Below are positions 1 to 13,100 of a stretch of DNA of 64,000 bases, piece by piece. The notes beneath the pieces are model-generated. The model was not told the origin of the DNA, ran no database searches, and saw nothing but the letters and a program-made list of their open reading frames with translations. Both the position numbers and the translations under genes were made by a program. Source of the stretch: Phoronis australis (Eukaryota; Animalia; Phoronida); NCBI GenBank assembly GCA_002633005.1, contig NMRA01000091.1:351877-415876 (forward strand). The letters are read 5' to 3'. The first letter of the stretch is position 1. The number at the start of each line of letters is the position of its first letter.

Positions 1-892
1 TATAGTTTGCTCGGGTGTTGATTGGATTGCAAAAGCCAATTTCGTTATTTTGTTTACAAATGTCAGGATAAACGCATAACCCGGACATGAGAATAACAGC
101 ATCTAAAAAGGAAGAGCAGCTGGTAACAATGGGTTCTCATTGTTGAAACTGATCAATATCCTCATCCTACCAAAGTCGAGCAGTGTGTCTTGAAAATTGC
201 TTCACTTCATTATTTATGAAAAACAACACCTGATTTTGTCGAGTCTTCAAACAACTGCTTTGCACAGAGGTGTGTTATGAAAATATCATACATGTTGATA
301 GGAATCAATTATTTCATACTCTCGGTAGTTGTGGAGTAAAACATAAATTTATATTTTACTCAACATTTTAGTTGCATCACATGAAACACTACCTCAACAA
401 TTTGCAATAATTTATGCAAGTTGGCATCCCAAAAATACAAGAAAAGTTGAAAGGTACACCACTGGAATTTTGCGAGGACATTTTCTGCCAAGATTAGTTT
501 TAGAGTTAACAAAATAATTATGTAGTTGCTTTATGATACAATGTTGGCAAATTGATCACATTCGCGGACATTCAGCCAACTAAAGTGATCACAAAAATGA
601 ATAAAGTAGATGGCTGATCTGCGAACAGTGAAAACATTCACATGTAAGTTTAAGTAATTGCAGTTTACCAGCACCTCATTTTACATCAGTGGCATAATTT
701 CCATTGTAAATAAATGAATTTACACACTCAGTTACAAAAATGCACAAACAATATCCAGACATAATGAGCTTGTCCAGTTCACCCTCCTCTGACTTCCAGG
801 ATATTTCCAATTTACATGGTGATTAAAACACTTTGCATCCAAAGAAAAACACTGCCTGCAATGTATCCTGTCAAACATAAGATGTCTATATC

Positions 893-898
893 TTTAAT
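893..898 (-). terminator. Candidate polyadenylation signal (ATTAAA) of GRB10-like gene
   Basis: ATTAAA on the minus strand ~100 nt after the stop codon; positional only. Confidence 0.25.
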
Positions 899-1000
899 GC
901 AGTGACACCTGCATACCTTTCGAAGGTCTTTGGCAATACAATAATGGTAACACCACTGAATAAAACGAGGTTATGTGTGGTGCGCGTATCACTAGGGTCG

Positions 1001-1141
1001 TCACGCAAGCTTAGTCACATAATGTTCCAACTTAACAGGGAGTCCACCAGCGTTGAGTTGGTAAAAATCCACCAACTGAATCAGGTCTGCAAACTTTGTA
1101 TTGCCATCTAGTGAGTAATACGTTTTTCCATTTTCCACAAC
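1001..1141 (-). CDS. GRB10: GRB10-like last coding exon (SH2 C-terminus + stop)
   Basis: ttcag|[46 protein letters not shown]; TGA at 1003-1001; matches the GRB7-family SH2 C-terminus. Confidence 0.97.
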   Translation of the reverse strand, partial: VVENGKTYYSLDGNTKFADLIQLVDFYQLNAGGLPVKLEHYVTKLA

Positions 1142-4100
1142 CTGAAAGAATAGGAAGTGTCAAGAAATGTGATCATGTCACGAGCACACACACACACACA
1201 CACACACACTGTATAGTATGTACAATTGTAAAGACTGCATCAGGCTGACAAACTAGAGAAGGGAAAATGATTAGGCAATTGCACACTTTGTAATTTAATG
1301 TAAACTATATTTCACACATATGGCTATTGGCCAATAGTGCTAAGAGGGTTGAGAAAAAATATTTTCACGGCACAGCAACCGAGGGTAATAACAGTCTCCA
1401 AAATAAAACCTGACAGTGTGTAGTTTAACATATTTACACCACATATTAAGGTTTTAATCCACATTTTTTGACAACTACCGTGCAACAGCCGTTATTATAC
1501 TGGTGTATCGAGGCATAAATGGTATAATACATATAATACGTTCATAGATTTCATTGAACGTGTTGTGTTCATCGCATTCTTGTACAGCATATCTCCCAGT
1601 CTTAGTAAACAATTTATTTATGTGCCACAGTGACTTTTTACTAGTCCGATGTGAGAGAGCATTACTACAGTACTAACATACGTACCAAATGGTCTCCACA
1701 GTTCTGTGGTTTATATGTCTTTATTTGTCATTAAAAAAACAGCAAAATTGATTTTCACCTATTTATTATTATATCTATCTTGGCTAAAAACCAACATAGT
1801 CACCTTCCAATTCATTTCCCTTATCAAACACTCCCTGTTTATCAGTCTTACTCTGTAACTTTCAACTAAACATGATTAGCTTACAAGAGTGGTTATGATC
1901 GCCACCAAGTAGGAACCTACTTATCCCGCTCATTATCATAATTTATGTCAAAACCGAGGGTGACATTAAGCGGGTTCCCCAGCATGAAGGACACGACGGT
2001 GTGACTAATGTCAACATCTATCAGACCTCGGATGAAACTCAAATGTTATGCATGCTGTCTCAGATATAAACCAACTATGGATGTTGACTCAGAAATAGAA
2101 GACATAGTTCAACATAATACTGGTGGTGCTTTGCGCTATTTTGGTTTAAGTTTCGGCCTCATCACCAAATTGAAAAAAAAAACTTTCAATACTTTATTTC
2201 TTAGAAACAAACTTTTAAGTTTGGGTCGTAATTTTGTCATATCTACATTTATGAGTTCTCTAAAAATTGACGACGGTGTACACCTGTTTTTGCGGTGTCT
2301 TTGAAAAATAAAATATTCCGATATCTTATCTTCAGGCAATTGTCACTAGTTTCCTCCGTATTATCCAACTTTGGTTGGCATTACTTAAAACAGTGCTCAA
2401 TCCAGATATTGACTATTAACAGAGAAATTCACAGCAATTTAACACGATTCAAGTTTGACAACTTCTCACAAAATATGCTAAATTGCCAAACATTTGTAAC
2501 ACTTCACGTGAATTAATCGGTAGCCGAGAGGAGAAACTGTGCATCTCGAACCACCGAAACTATTTTGTGACAGAATGTGAAGACACAGTTTTAGCTGAAC
2601 ATTGCCGTTACCTTTACGGAAAATTCTAATTACACAATAGCAGCCAATAGAAGCAGTTTTGGGGCAAAAACAACAAAGCATGGTTCAGCAACCGTTTAAA
2701 AAGTATGTGTTGTTATCTGGCAAAATTTTGAATTTAGGTCCGTCACTACACCGAGTATACTTAGCCCAGTCATACCAGTGCTATTTGGAAATGCTTGACT
2801 CTAAGACTGTGAACTAGAGAGAGGACGTAACAACCATTCATCATTCGACTTTCACGAACAAGGAACAGCCTGAAACAGATACCAAGGTTTAACAACTAGA
2901 TGTAGGTGTTAAAATGACAAAATCTCGCATTGAAAATTACCAACTAGAGTTTGGAGCAAACAATTAAACAAAACCTCATACAATTTACTGCAGCTATTAT
3001 TATATACTGTATCTCTATGAATATCCTATCTTTGTACACAATTTTCATGACTCCAAGCAATTATTCAGCTAGACAACTACCACAAGATGTCACTACTATG
3101 ACTGAAAATGACTGTTATTTGTCTACTCTAGTAACCCTACCCAGGTGACCTTGACCTACCCATCAACCATCCCGTGCTTGGCCAACAGTTCATTAGCCTC
3201 ATCCCTCGAGACACCATGATGGAACCATGGCTGCATCATATTGAGACTGTTACTGACAACGAGGCCTCGTCCCAGCGCGGGGCTCATGCTTCCCGATGTG
3301 TTCTTGCTGCTACCAGGAGTCGTCGGCAAACACGTCGGACGGGTAATTTTTTTCTAATAATGAATAGAATACTAATACTCAATACCATAAACGCAACAAA
3401 TCTTTTCAAAATATCTGGTAGAACGGGTGTATAGTTTCCATCTTTTAAGTCATTATTTTATCATCATTGTATTACAGTGGAGATTACAGAGACCACTTAA
3501 GTAGAACAAGTAACCAAAATGCAGCACGTTCTGACATAAAATACCGAAAATTATTTTGCAAAATTTTTGGAAAGAACAATTGGCATTAACTTTTTTCAGG
3601 TAGATTACGACACTCGTAGGATTATCACAATACTAAAAAATTATTCGTTAATTAATTTTTTGAAATACATTCTTTTAAGCCATTCACTGATTCGTATGAC
3701 ACAAAATTTCTAATCTTCAAGAGCAGACATTTTTTCTACCATGCAGCCCCAAAATGGGAGCTGGTTTAAACCTCTCACCCGCCATTGGAGACCTTCCTCT
3801 ATGGCCACACCTATTGCCTCATTGGGGTCATCCACCACTCGACCTCCGTTGACCCCTGTGAAGTCCATGGCAACACGCTCTTTGGGATCGGCACCGTCCT
3901 ATACATGACAACAGACAGAAATTTTTCTTTTAAGCTACAACATTGCACTAAAAGAATCAATTTTAATTGCTAATAAAATCCAAAGGTATTCTAACGAGAA
4001 GCCATACAACAAGACTAAACATGTGGACAATTTGCTGCACGTGATTAAACTTGCCTATGAACCACTCTATGGTAAGTGATTTTTTTATGCACATGTAGCA

Positions 4101-7100
4101 AAATGTCATGATATTTTCAATATTAAAAAAACACCTGGGATCATTGACTTACCTGTTACCAGACATATAGCATTCTATAACTGCATTTTCAACAAAGTTT
4201 TGCTTACTTTATTTTAAACTAATCCACTTAATAATGAGTTTCACATAACAACACTAATGAAGTCCATAATTTTCTAGTGTTTTCATTTTTGCACGAAACA
4301 CATGGCAATCGATATCTGCCCCAGTTGAACTGTTTTTTACATGAACTTCTAAGACAATAAATGTCACTGTGTCAGTAACAAGGAAATGACACAGTGACAT
4401 TATATAATCAAGAAGAAATGACAAATATATTTAGTAGCCCAGACAGGCTAAGACAAACAACTGATGACTTTCCCAAATGTCACTTGCCAGATATGTCATC
4501 CTGTTGTTGAAGATGAATACCATTTCATTTCATTTGTTTAGTCTCCGGGTAGTGCAATAAATCTATAAACAAGGCCTTCAGCTAGGATAAATTCACAGGC
4601 GCTAACACAAAATAACAAATACAAATGGTAAACGTCTCTAAAGTCCCATTTTTCCATCAATTCAAGCAAAAGTGGAACAAATCAAAAATTATTAAAATAA
4701 AATAATTCCTGGCAGCGTTTTGGACAACAATGCATAAAGCATAGCATCTGAATATTCCTATGAATCTGAGAAGCCATTTGTGAGATATGATGTTCAGAGG
4801 CTAGCCAACTGCGAAATTTTTCTAAGGCCCTATTTAACTTTAAAGCTGGCTAGTGTTCAAGCATGCCACTACTGAAAAATTGATCTAAACTCATGAGACT
4901 TAGTTACATATAATCCCACGTCTGAATGTAAATACTTACAGAATTTGGTGGAGAAGATCCGTTACTTAAGTTGTTTAGTTTTTCTTGCCTCCTCAGTGAA
5001 CTTCTGTAGTTTTCTTGTAGCTGTTTGCCATACTGCAAAGGAAATGCTGATAACTACTTTAAAGTGCACAAATTAAATCAGTAACAAGGCTGGTTCAATA
5101 AAGCCTTTATGAATGGTTTCAAGAAACTGACTTTAAAGCGCAATACTGACAAACTTCCATGGTTGTTATAGAAAAGGGTGATGCCAGTTACTTTAAATTA
5201 GTAGAAGGTAAAAAATATACCAAAATTATAATTAGAGACGCCAAATGCATGATTGACAAACTTCCCCACACCAACATGACTACGGTTCCTCTGTCTACCT
5301 TTGTACAAGATCATGTACGTTATTCAAGTTTGACATTCTCCGATTTTACCTGCTTTTTCACTACTAAGGCAAAGGAAAACAGAAGAAGAAACTGGCAGGA
5401 GGGCAAGACAATGACCCTCTTCAAAATCTGGAGGGGCGTTTGTCCTGCAAGGGTGGACGTCTCCCCAGTGGAATGACGTTCTTTCAGCATGGGATTGTTT
5501 CGGCAGACAGCATAGCATCTAGTACAAACTAAACTGGTCTTTCCAGTGTAGATGGGAAGACAAAGCACGATAAATTGATTCTAACTTAAGTGTGAACAGG
5601 TATGACTTCACTGTTATTTTATGCTGTACTTGGGTAGCATGTTTTTCGTTATCCAAAATTGGTTATTATATGCATTGACAATAACTCTTTTGCTGCCATG
5701 TGCACCTTTCGCCAAGTTACTCCAGCACTCCCTAATAAGGATGCAATCTGTGAGTCCTTTCATAGTTATTTGACCCACTCAATCCTCAATTTCAAGAAGG
5801 ATAACAACAGCTTAACGACGTCAGTAGATGAAGGCAATTTCACCAAATCACAAAATTAAATTTAATGAAAGCCAGGCTTTTCAATTTTTCCAGTCTGAAT
5901 GACTTACTTGTCAAATTACAATTAATGCAATGGCCTCTAAACTGTCCATCACTGAGGTCTAATTGACTCAAGTTCAAAACAATTCTGATTCAAGATCCGA
6001 AATTGAAATGTCAGACGTGAGACGAGGTATGCACCGGTGCCAACGGGATGTAAATTTCAACCAAAACCCTTAACTGACTGTTGATATTGTTTTCCACCTG
6101 AAATCTTGAATACTTCACCTGGTACATACCTGCCTCAGCATATGAAGTCATAATTTTTGAATGTCATAAACAGAATGTGATTGCAACCAAGGGTACACTG
6201 GTCACTTATCCTGATAATATATTTGGTACTTGGAAATGCAGTTCTAAAAACACTTGCGGTGAAAGAATTAAGGAAGGTTCAAATGATAATTACATGTTTT
6301 AACATTAAAACTAGTCAAAACATGGTAAACGATATTGATGACGACATAATTCCCAAGAAGAATGCCGATCCACTGAACACGACATAATCAAAAGAATATC
6401 ATCTAACAACAAGGAACCATATCGACTAATTCAGATCCACATACTGACAGACGGAAGACTGCCGACAAAGACCTAATAATCATGATCTAGTTATTATAGA
6501 ATTAAAAAGATTGTATCCTTACAATATTCATTGTGTGCCTTGCATAGCTAACTAAAACAGCGATACAGTAATAATACAAACCTTCGCTAGCCTAATACCA
6601 GCGAGCCAACACATTCTTGTCTTTTCGTCTTCCGCACAAAGGCATTTCATCTCTTTGGGCTCCAAGGACGCAGTATTGTCTGGCTAGAAAGCACAATGTT
6701 TCTAATCAGTTCAATGTCACTTGTTTACCTAATTACCGTCACACTTAACACCTTGTCATAATCAGAATTCTTATTATTTTATTGTTGAAAGAGCTCGAGA
6801 AGAGCAGAAATTATCACAATTTGGCCAAAAGCATTGCTCCAATGAGTCACACCCTTAATGTCATAACTCAGATGGTACAATGTGTCATATTATACTGAGA
6901 ATTACCTTGGTGTGAATGGGCTCTAACTAACTCCAGACAAATTGTCCATTCACAAGTGAATAAAAGCAAGAACACAACTATACATCAGGACTAGTTACTG
7001 AGTATTATACTAAACATTATGCATTTTTTGATAGGAATAAACTTGGTTATTTTTGCAGTACATTCAACAAAAATCAAAATTTGAGAGCACTTCATTGACA

Positions 7101-10100
7101 TTTATATCAATTAAAATGAATAAGTGTAGTGAAAACAATAATTAAGTTTGCCTTTGCCTTGATATCTTTTCCCATCGAAAATTGGAAAAAAAATGTACAG
7201 CACATCTTCCTCAAAACTCATTTTTCCTCTGCTATTTTTGGTCTGCCGTTTTTCGATCTGCTGTTAGGCAACTTTTCATTTTTTCTGCACAGTTTCTTTC
7301 TCAACTTTTGCCAAAAATTTTAAAACCATACACTTTATTCACACAGACCCCATGTTCCAAGAGCCTCCTATTAGATTTATAAACAACGCATTCCATACTT
7401 AATCACAGTGCAAAACATGATTTTTTCGCACAACTCATTAATATCTTTGTCTTAAATGCATCGTCTTAAAAAGAGGCTCATTTTTAAAATGCCAACTGCA
7501 TGAATAACGTCTATCGTACCACGAGGGCTGACGGTATTTGTCCCTTTCGTTACAAGAAAAAAACATTGCGTAATCCAGTATTCATTTATTTTGTTGGTCA
7601 AGTGGACGCGACAATTTTTCTAACCTTGTGGAGAAGCTATAACAGATTCTCCCTCTCATTAGAGTTTAGAGAAAACGAATTGCGCAGTATTTTTGTAGGA
7701 AATGGAGGGGACAATACAGTAGAATCCGTCATCGATGCATTTTGAGTTAATTTGAATGTGACTGCAGCAAACCTACCTTGAAACATAACACAAACTGGCT
7801 GGGTGAATGGAAACACTTCTTGCTAGAGTTAGCCACATAGACATTGATATCGAGAAATTGGCAAAAGGTCACTAAATGCTTGGGGTCCTGAAAACACAAG
7901 ATGGCACGGTTATCAACATGATGTGGGAGAATTACAGGGCCAGAACACTTAACAATGTTAACACTTGAGAACGCACAGTCAGAGAACTCTAGTGGCCAGT
8001 GCATGCCTGTCGAGGGGACAACAAATTTTGATCAACGCTCTGTGTTCATCATCGTCAATGATCAGTCCCACATTCCATATACAGTAAATAGCAAACTTAC
8101 AACTTGGCACGTCCAAAACCAACTTTACATCCCTGTAGTTTTATTAACACCAACTTTACACCTATGTAAGCCAATCAATGCCAAATCAATTTACATCTCT
8201 ATTGTCAGAATTAATAATGATTAAGTAATTAGTAAGACTCGATCCATTTTAAGTAGCCCAAAATTTGCTCATACTATGTACTTTCAAATCATGGGGTCAA
8301 GCTTGTCGTCATGTACTTCAACGTCAAAATTTATTTTTAGATGGTGTTTACAACTTTGGGTTCTGGGATCAAAGCACTCTAGAGATTCTAGAAATTTCTG
8401 AGAACAAATTGCAACAGCTAATGATACGATTGGACATGATCATGTGGTTTTTATGAGCCAATCGCTAAATAAGTAGATTACTATTACTTAGGCTAAAATT
8501 AAGAGGATATTCAGATGAGCTATAATAGTAGCTGAAGCATAAGGACTTGCTACAGTGTACAGAGGAAAATGTACAACAGAGCCATCTCGTGGCAGATTCT
8601 GAAGAGGATCTGGGCAAGAGAGAGGGTTAACAAACAGGACGTTAACTAAGAGCTTGTCACTTGCATCGTGGGTAGTAAGATACTGCCTGAAGTGTTGCGT
8701 CACCAGAGACTGTGACCAACAAGAAGAATCGTGGGTAGAAGAAACTGCCTACAAGTGTTGCATCACCAGAGACTGTGACCAGCAAGTACACTGTCGCAAT
8801 GCAGTGTGTGTAGTTTGAAAATTCACCAACAGGACTGTCATCCAAGTGGAGAGTCCTTCAGCTTGGATAGCAGATAAAATATTTGATTATTTTGGATGAT
8901 TGATTGAAAAAAGCTCTACAGAGGGCGCTAGCGTATTACTCTTCTTTGTAGTTGGTTACTTAATTAACAACAGGTTTTACTTGTCTAATTAGTGGTTATC
9001 ATATAATACATTAATTACTGGATTTAATCATTCTCTCTTCACACTAAATTTACATCCCTGTAGTTCAATCAACGCCAACTTAATACCCCAGTAGTTCAAT
9101 GAACTCCAAATTACATCCTTATAAATCAATGAACACCACATTTACATTCTTGTAGTTCACTCAACACCAGCTTGACACCCCTGTCCTTCACTAAATACCA
9201 ACTTTACACTCCAGTCCTCTAGTTCAATCAAAACTAAATCTACACCCGTGAAATTCAATCAACACCAACTTCACATCCATGTAGTTCAATCAACACCTGT
9301 CCAACTAATGTTAGTAACCCACCTTGGATGTCCCCTTGCTTGAGTAATACAGCCCAGACCCCCTCAGTACAAAGAAGGCTTTCTTCCATGACTTTTTACC
9401 AGCCTCTTTCAAGTGAAGGTAACCTTGAAGGTCAGGTAACCTGTCTGTTGATGACATCAAATTCTGAAAATATATTTCCAACATAGAAAGCTACCAAGCT
9501 TTGTATAATGAACAGTCAGTTTGTCCGATGGCTTTGAAAAATTAAGATTTTAATAACTAGAAGGCATTAGGAAAATTAGGCAAAAATACTTCTTGAAGAT
9601 GGCATCATAATGTGCACAACAAGCAGTCAACATAACAAATGTCAAAACAACCAGTTCAAGAAAATTATGATAACAATTTAAACTCTTACAAAATGCAGCA
9701 AGCATCATTGTCAAGACAATGTAATATGGGACAAAATTTGCCATTTGGTTCTAAAATAGACTTCCATTTGTCACATGACACAAAAGTTAAAAATGCCCAA
9801 AGCAACTGCATCCTCTTTCCCCACTAACACCCTCCAATAACTAACAACACATAAACAGCCATTAGTCAAGCAAAATAGCAAGAACTTCCTTTTAGTTTAA
9901 GAGCTCGTCAATGCCATTTTTCTGTTCAAAATAATGCAGCCAACCATCAATCTGAGGACTGGTTAATTGATTTAAGGTGATGGACACACTAGCCAAGCAC
10001 TTTTCAGGCGCTAATAAAATTATCATTTTTCTTAAATGTTTTAACCAGCTAATGTACGGACATACAAGCAAAGGCTATTCCAAACATATTTAAGTAATTC

Positions 10101-13100
10101 ATACAGACAAAGCGTCTTTTCTATCATTAGTTAAACAGAATAGGCCCATCGTGAAAAAGCACAGCACCACTCTCACTCTAAGGCAATTACCCACAATGCA
10201 CTACATGGATCAGTCACGACATGCACTTTTCTTCTACCACAAAAGAAGAATTCAATCCAGGACAGGCCTATTGTACGTCAAAGACCTTCTTTCAAATGAG
10301 TTTCGTTTAAATATATAAGTAAAGTGGCCTTTGTAACGACTTGAATTAATCAAAAGCTGTTAGATTTTAACCATATGCTGGTGAACTTATTCCTTATTTT
10401 TCTTAACACCCCGCACCCGTAATAGAACCAGCCAATGCTGCTCCACTAGATTTTTTTGTTTACTTTCCTTCCCACCCCGATACCTGTATGGAACCTGCCT
10501 ACATCAGTCCACCAAACTTTTTGGTTACTTTCCTTCCCACACATGTAGTAGAACCCGTTGATGCTGCTCCACTAGAATTTTTTGTTTACTTTTCGTCCCA
10601 CCCCCATACCCGTACTAGAACCTGCCTAAATCAGCCCACCAAACTTTTTGGTTACTTTCCTTCCCACCCCATACCTACAATTATAGAACTTGCTGATATC
10701 GCTCCACCAGTTAACTTTTGCTTACATTTCTTCCCACCCCCATACCTGTAATAGAACCTGCCGGTGCCGTTCCACTTTGTCAGACAACACGCCCTGTTCT
10801 TCCTTCACATCAGTCAGTTGTGTGGGAAAGTACAACTGGAATTATTTGGGAAAATCTAGTGTAAAATACACTATGATTAGGTGTAACAATTGACGAATTT
10901 CGTTAACACAGACATTATGTTTTGACACTCGATGATCACTAAATGAAACTAAAACAACCACACAATGACTCGGGACACGTCACATCAAGTTGCTATTATA
11001 AGGCCCCATCACCTACTTCACTGAAAGTAACGTGAGGACCGTCATGTTAAATTTGTTACCACTTGCGAACTATGGGCAGCCTGCCAACCTCACTTTTGGC
11101 AGTTGCTACCCACAAACGTGCCTATATTGACTACCATACTGCTTGTCTGACTCATGTTTCACTGCCACACGAAAATCCCTAGTAAAACAAACGCGCGTGT
11201 AGGGTATAAAGATCTACGGCTTTTGTCAATGTTTGTGCATTAAACGGGATAAACAATAACTTAAAATTGTGTTATGAATTTTTCTCAAAGTCAACATAAT
11301 AATTTTATCTCCTTTCAAGCCTCACGCTCACTTTGTAAATGACCTTGATACTGCCTGGTTATATCCCACCATGCACTACAATCAGGGGATCAGACAACAA
11401 AGACCTTGATATTGACTGTGAATGACTTTGGTAATGGTTCACTTGGATCATGGAGAAGCACTGGAGTGGATTGGATGAAGAAACGGTAATCATTTTATTG
11501 AAAAAATAATGAAACAAGATTGTACTTTATATTGTGTGAAACAGTCCTTGATTTAATGACCCACAGACCACTACCAAACTGACGACATGAGATAACAACA
11601 GGTCTAGTTATCTCGCTGTCGTCTACATAAATAAATCATCTGCATGACTAAATGATCTGCTTTGATGCCAATCCTAGTGATTTACGTTGAACAAAATATT
11701 ACTGTTAGAACCTTCATCTCCTACTCAGTTTGACAGTTGTCACTGTTTGGGGGAGGATAAGCTCCAAGACTAGACCAAATGACACTTCATTGTCAACGTG
11801 CCTTGCAAAGCCCCTCCCCCATTAACCCAGATACTCTCACTAAGTACCTCAACCACATGCTGAGTTTGAGGTCTTGCCTTAATAAGGACTAAGATTATAG
11901 AATGAACCAGGATGCACCAATGGAAATTACTTGTAGTAATTTTTCAAAATTAATGAACTTGGAAGAGACCTTTCCCACACCCTCCCCCTTTGCACTTGCC
12001 GAGACCCTTCAAGTTACTAATTTTTCAAGTGAACTTGTAAGATACCCTTTCCACACTCTCCCCTCCGCACTCGTCGACGCTCTTCACCACAACTCACCTC
12101 TCAGAACACAGGGGAACATACTCTATGAGTGTCCTATAAAGAGCCCCCCATTCCGATGCTGTGTTACAATCTAACAAAGCAACTTAACTCACAAAAGTAC
12201 AAGATAGTTGGCAAGAATGGTGGTAAACACTATCACACTGGTAACAATTAATCATAAGCTAAACGCCGTCAGTTTACATTTTTGGAAATCTATAAGTCTC
12301 CAACTTTCATTCTGTATTCGACAAATTCAAAAACTCGATAGACCAACTGCAGGCCTGATAATGTTGTGGCCTTCAGAATTCACAACACAGAGTAGAGAAA
12401 TCCACTCACTGACACCTATCTTAAAACAGTCCTAGCATCACGTCTGCTACAAATTATTTCCATCTCAATATTAGTTTTCTTGTTGTCGGGTAACACAAGC
12501 CCCTAATTTTGAATTCAAACAGACACCTTTCCAGCATTGCTTCTCAAAAACACAAGTAAGTCCAACTGGAATAAAAAGCAAACTTTTGTATAGCAATAAC
12601 GAAGGTGTACAAATATCACAAAATTACTTACTGTTGGGTTTTGAAATAAGTCATACTTTTTGAAGTCCTGACGAAAGACAAACTTGTTTTCACTCTTTGT
12701 TCCCCACTTCAAGAATGTATCAAACACTTTCTCGTGGTCTTCTAAACTCCTGTCTGAAGCACGACGCAAACAGAGTTAACAGATACTCACCAGTGCCGGG
12801 TTGCATGAAACAGTCCCAAATAGAGACTCAACTAAGTTCCCTAAATCTTTTGCCTGTTTGTGTCTTTCTTTACTCACAGATGTAATCTTTTTCTATAATT
12901 TCATCGTTATTACGAGCTCCTCTTTGACTAATTAAATTTTCTAATAACATAACTAAAAACTGAGCCCTGAATTCAATGAAAATAAATAGGGACTTAGTCC
13001 TTAAGTTAGGGGCGTTGCATGAAAAGATCCCTATTTATTTTCGGTAATATTGAGAACTCGGCGTCAAACTGACTCACGATTTGTACCAAAACCAAAAATT

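Noticed and set aside
12098-12170. Possible extra exon (ttag|...|gtgagt) between RA and linker exons
   Set aside because: 73 nt, breaks the frame and has a stop in phase 0; the exon at 10746-10835 supplies the expected linker.
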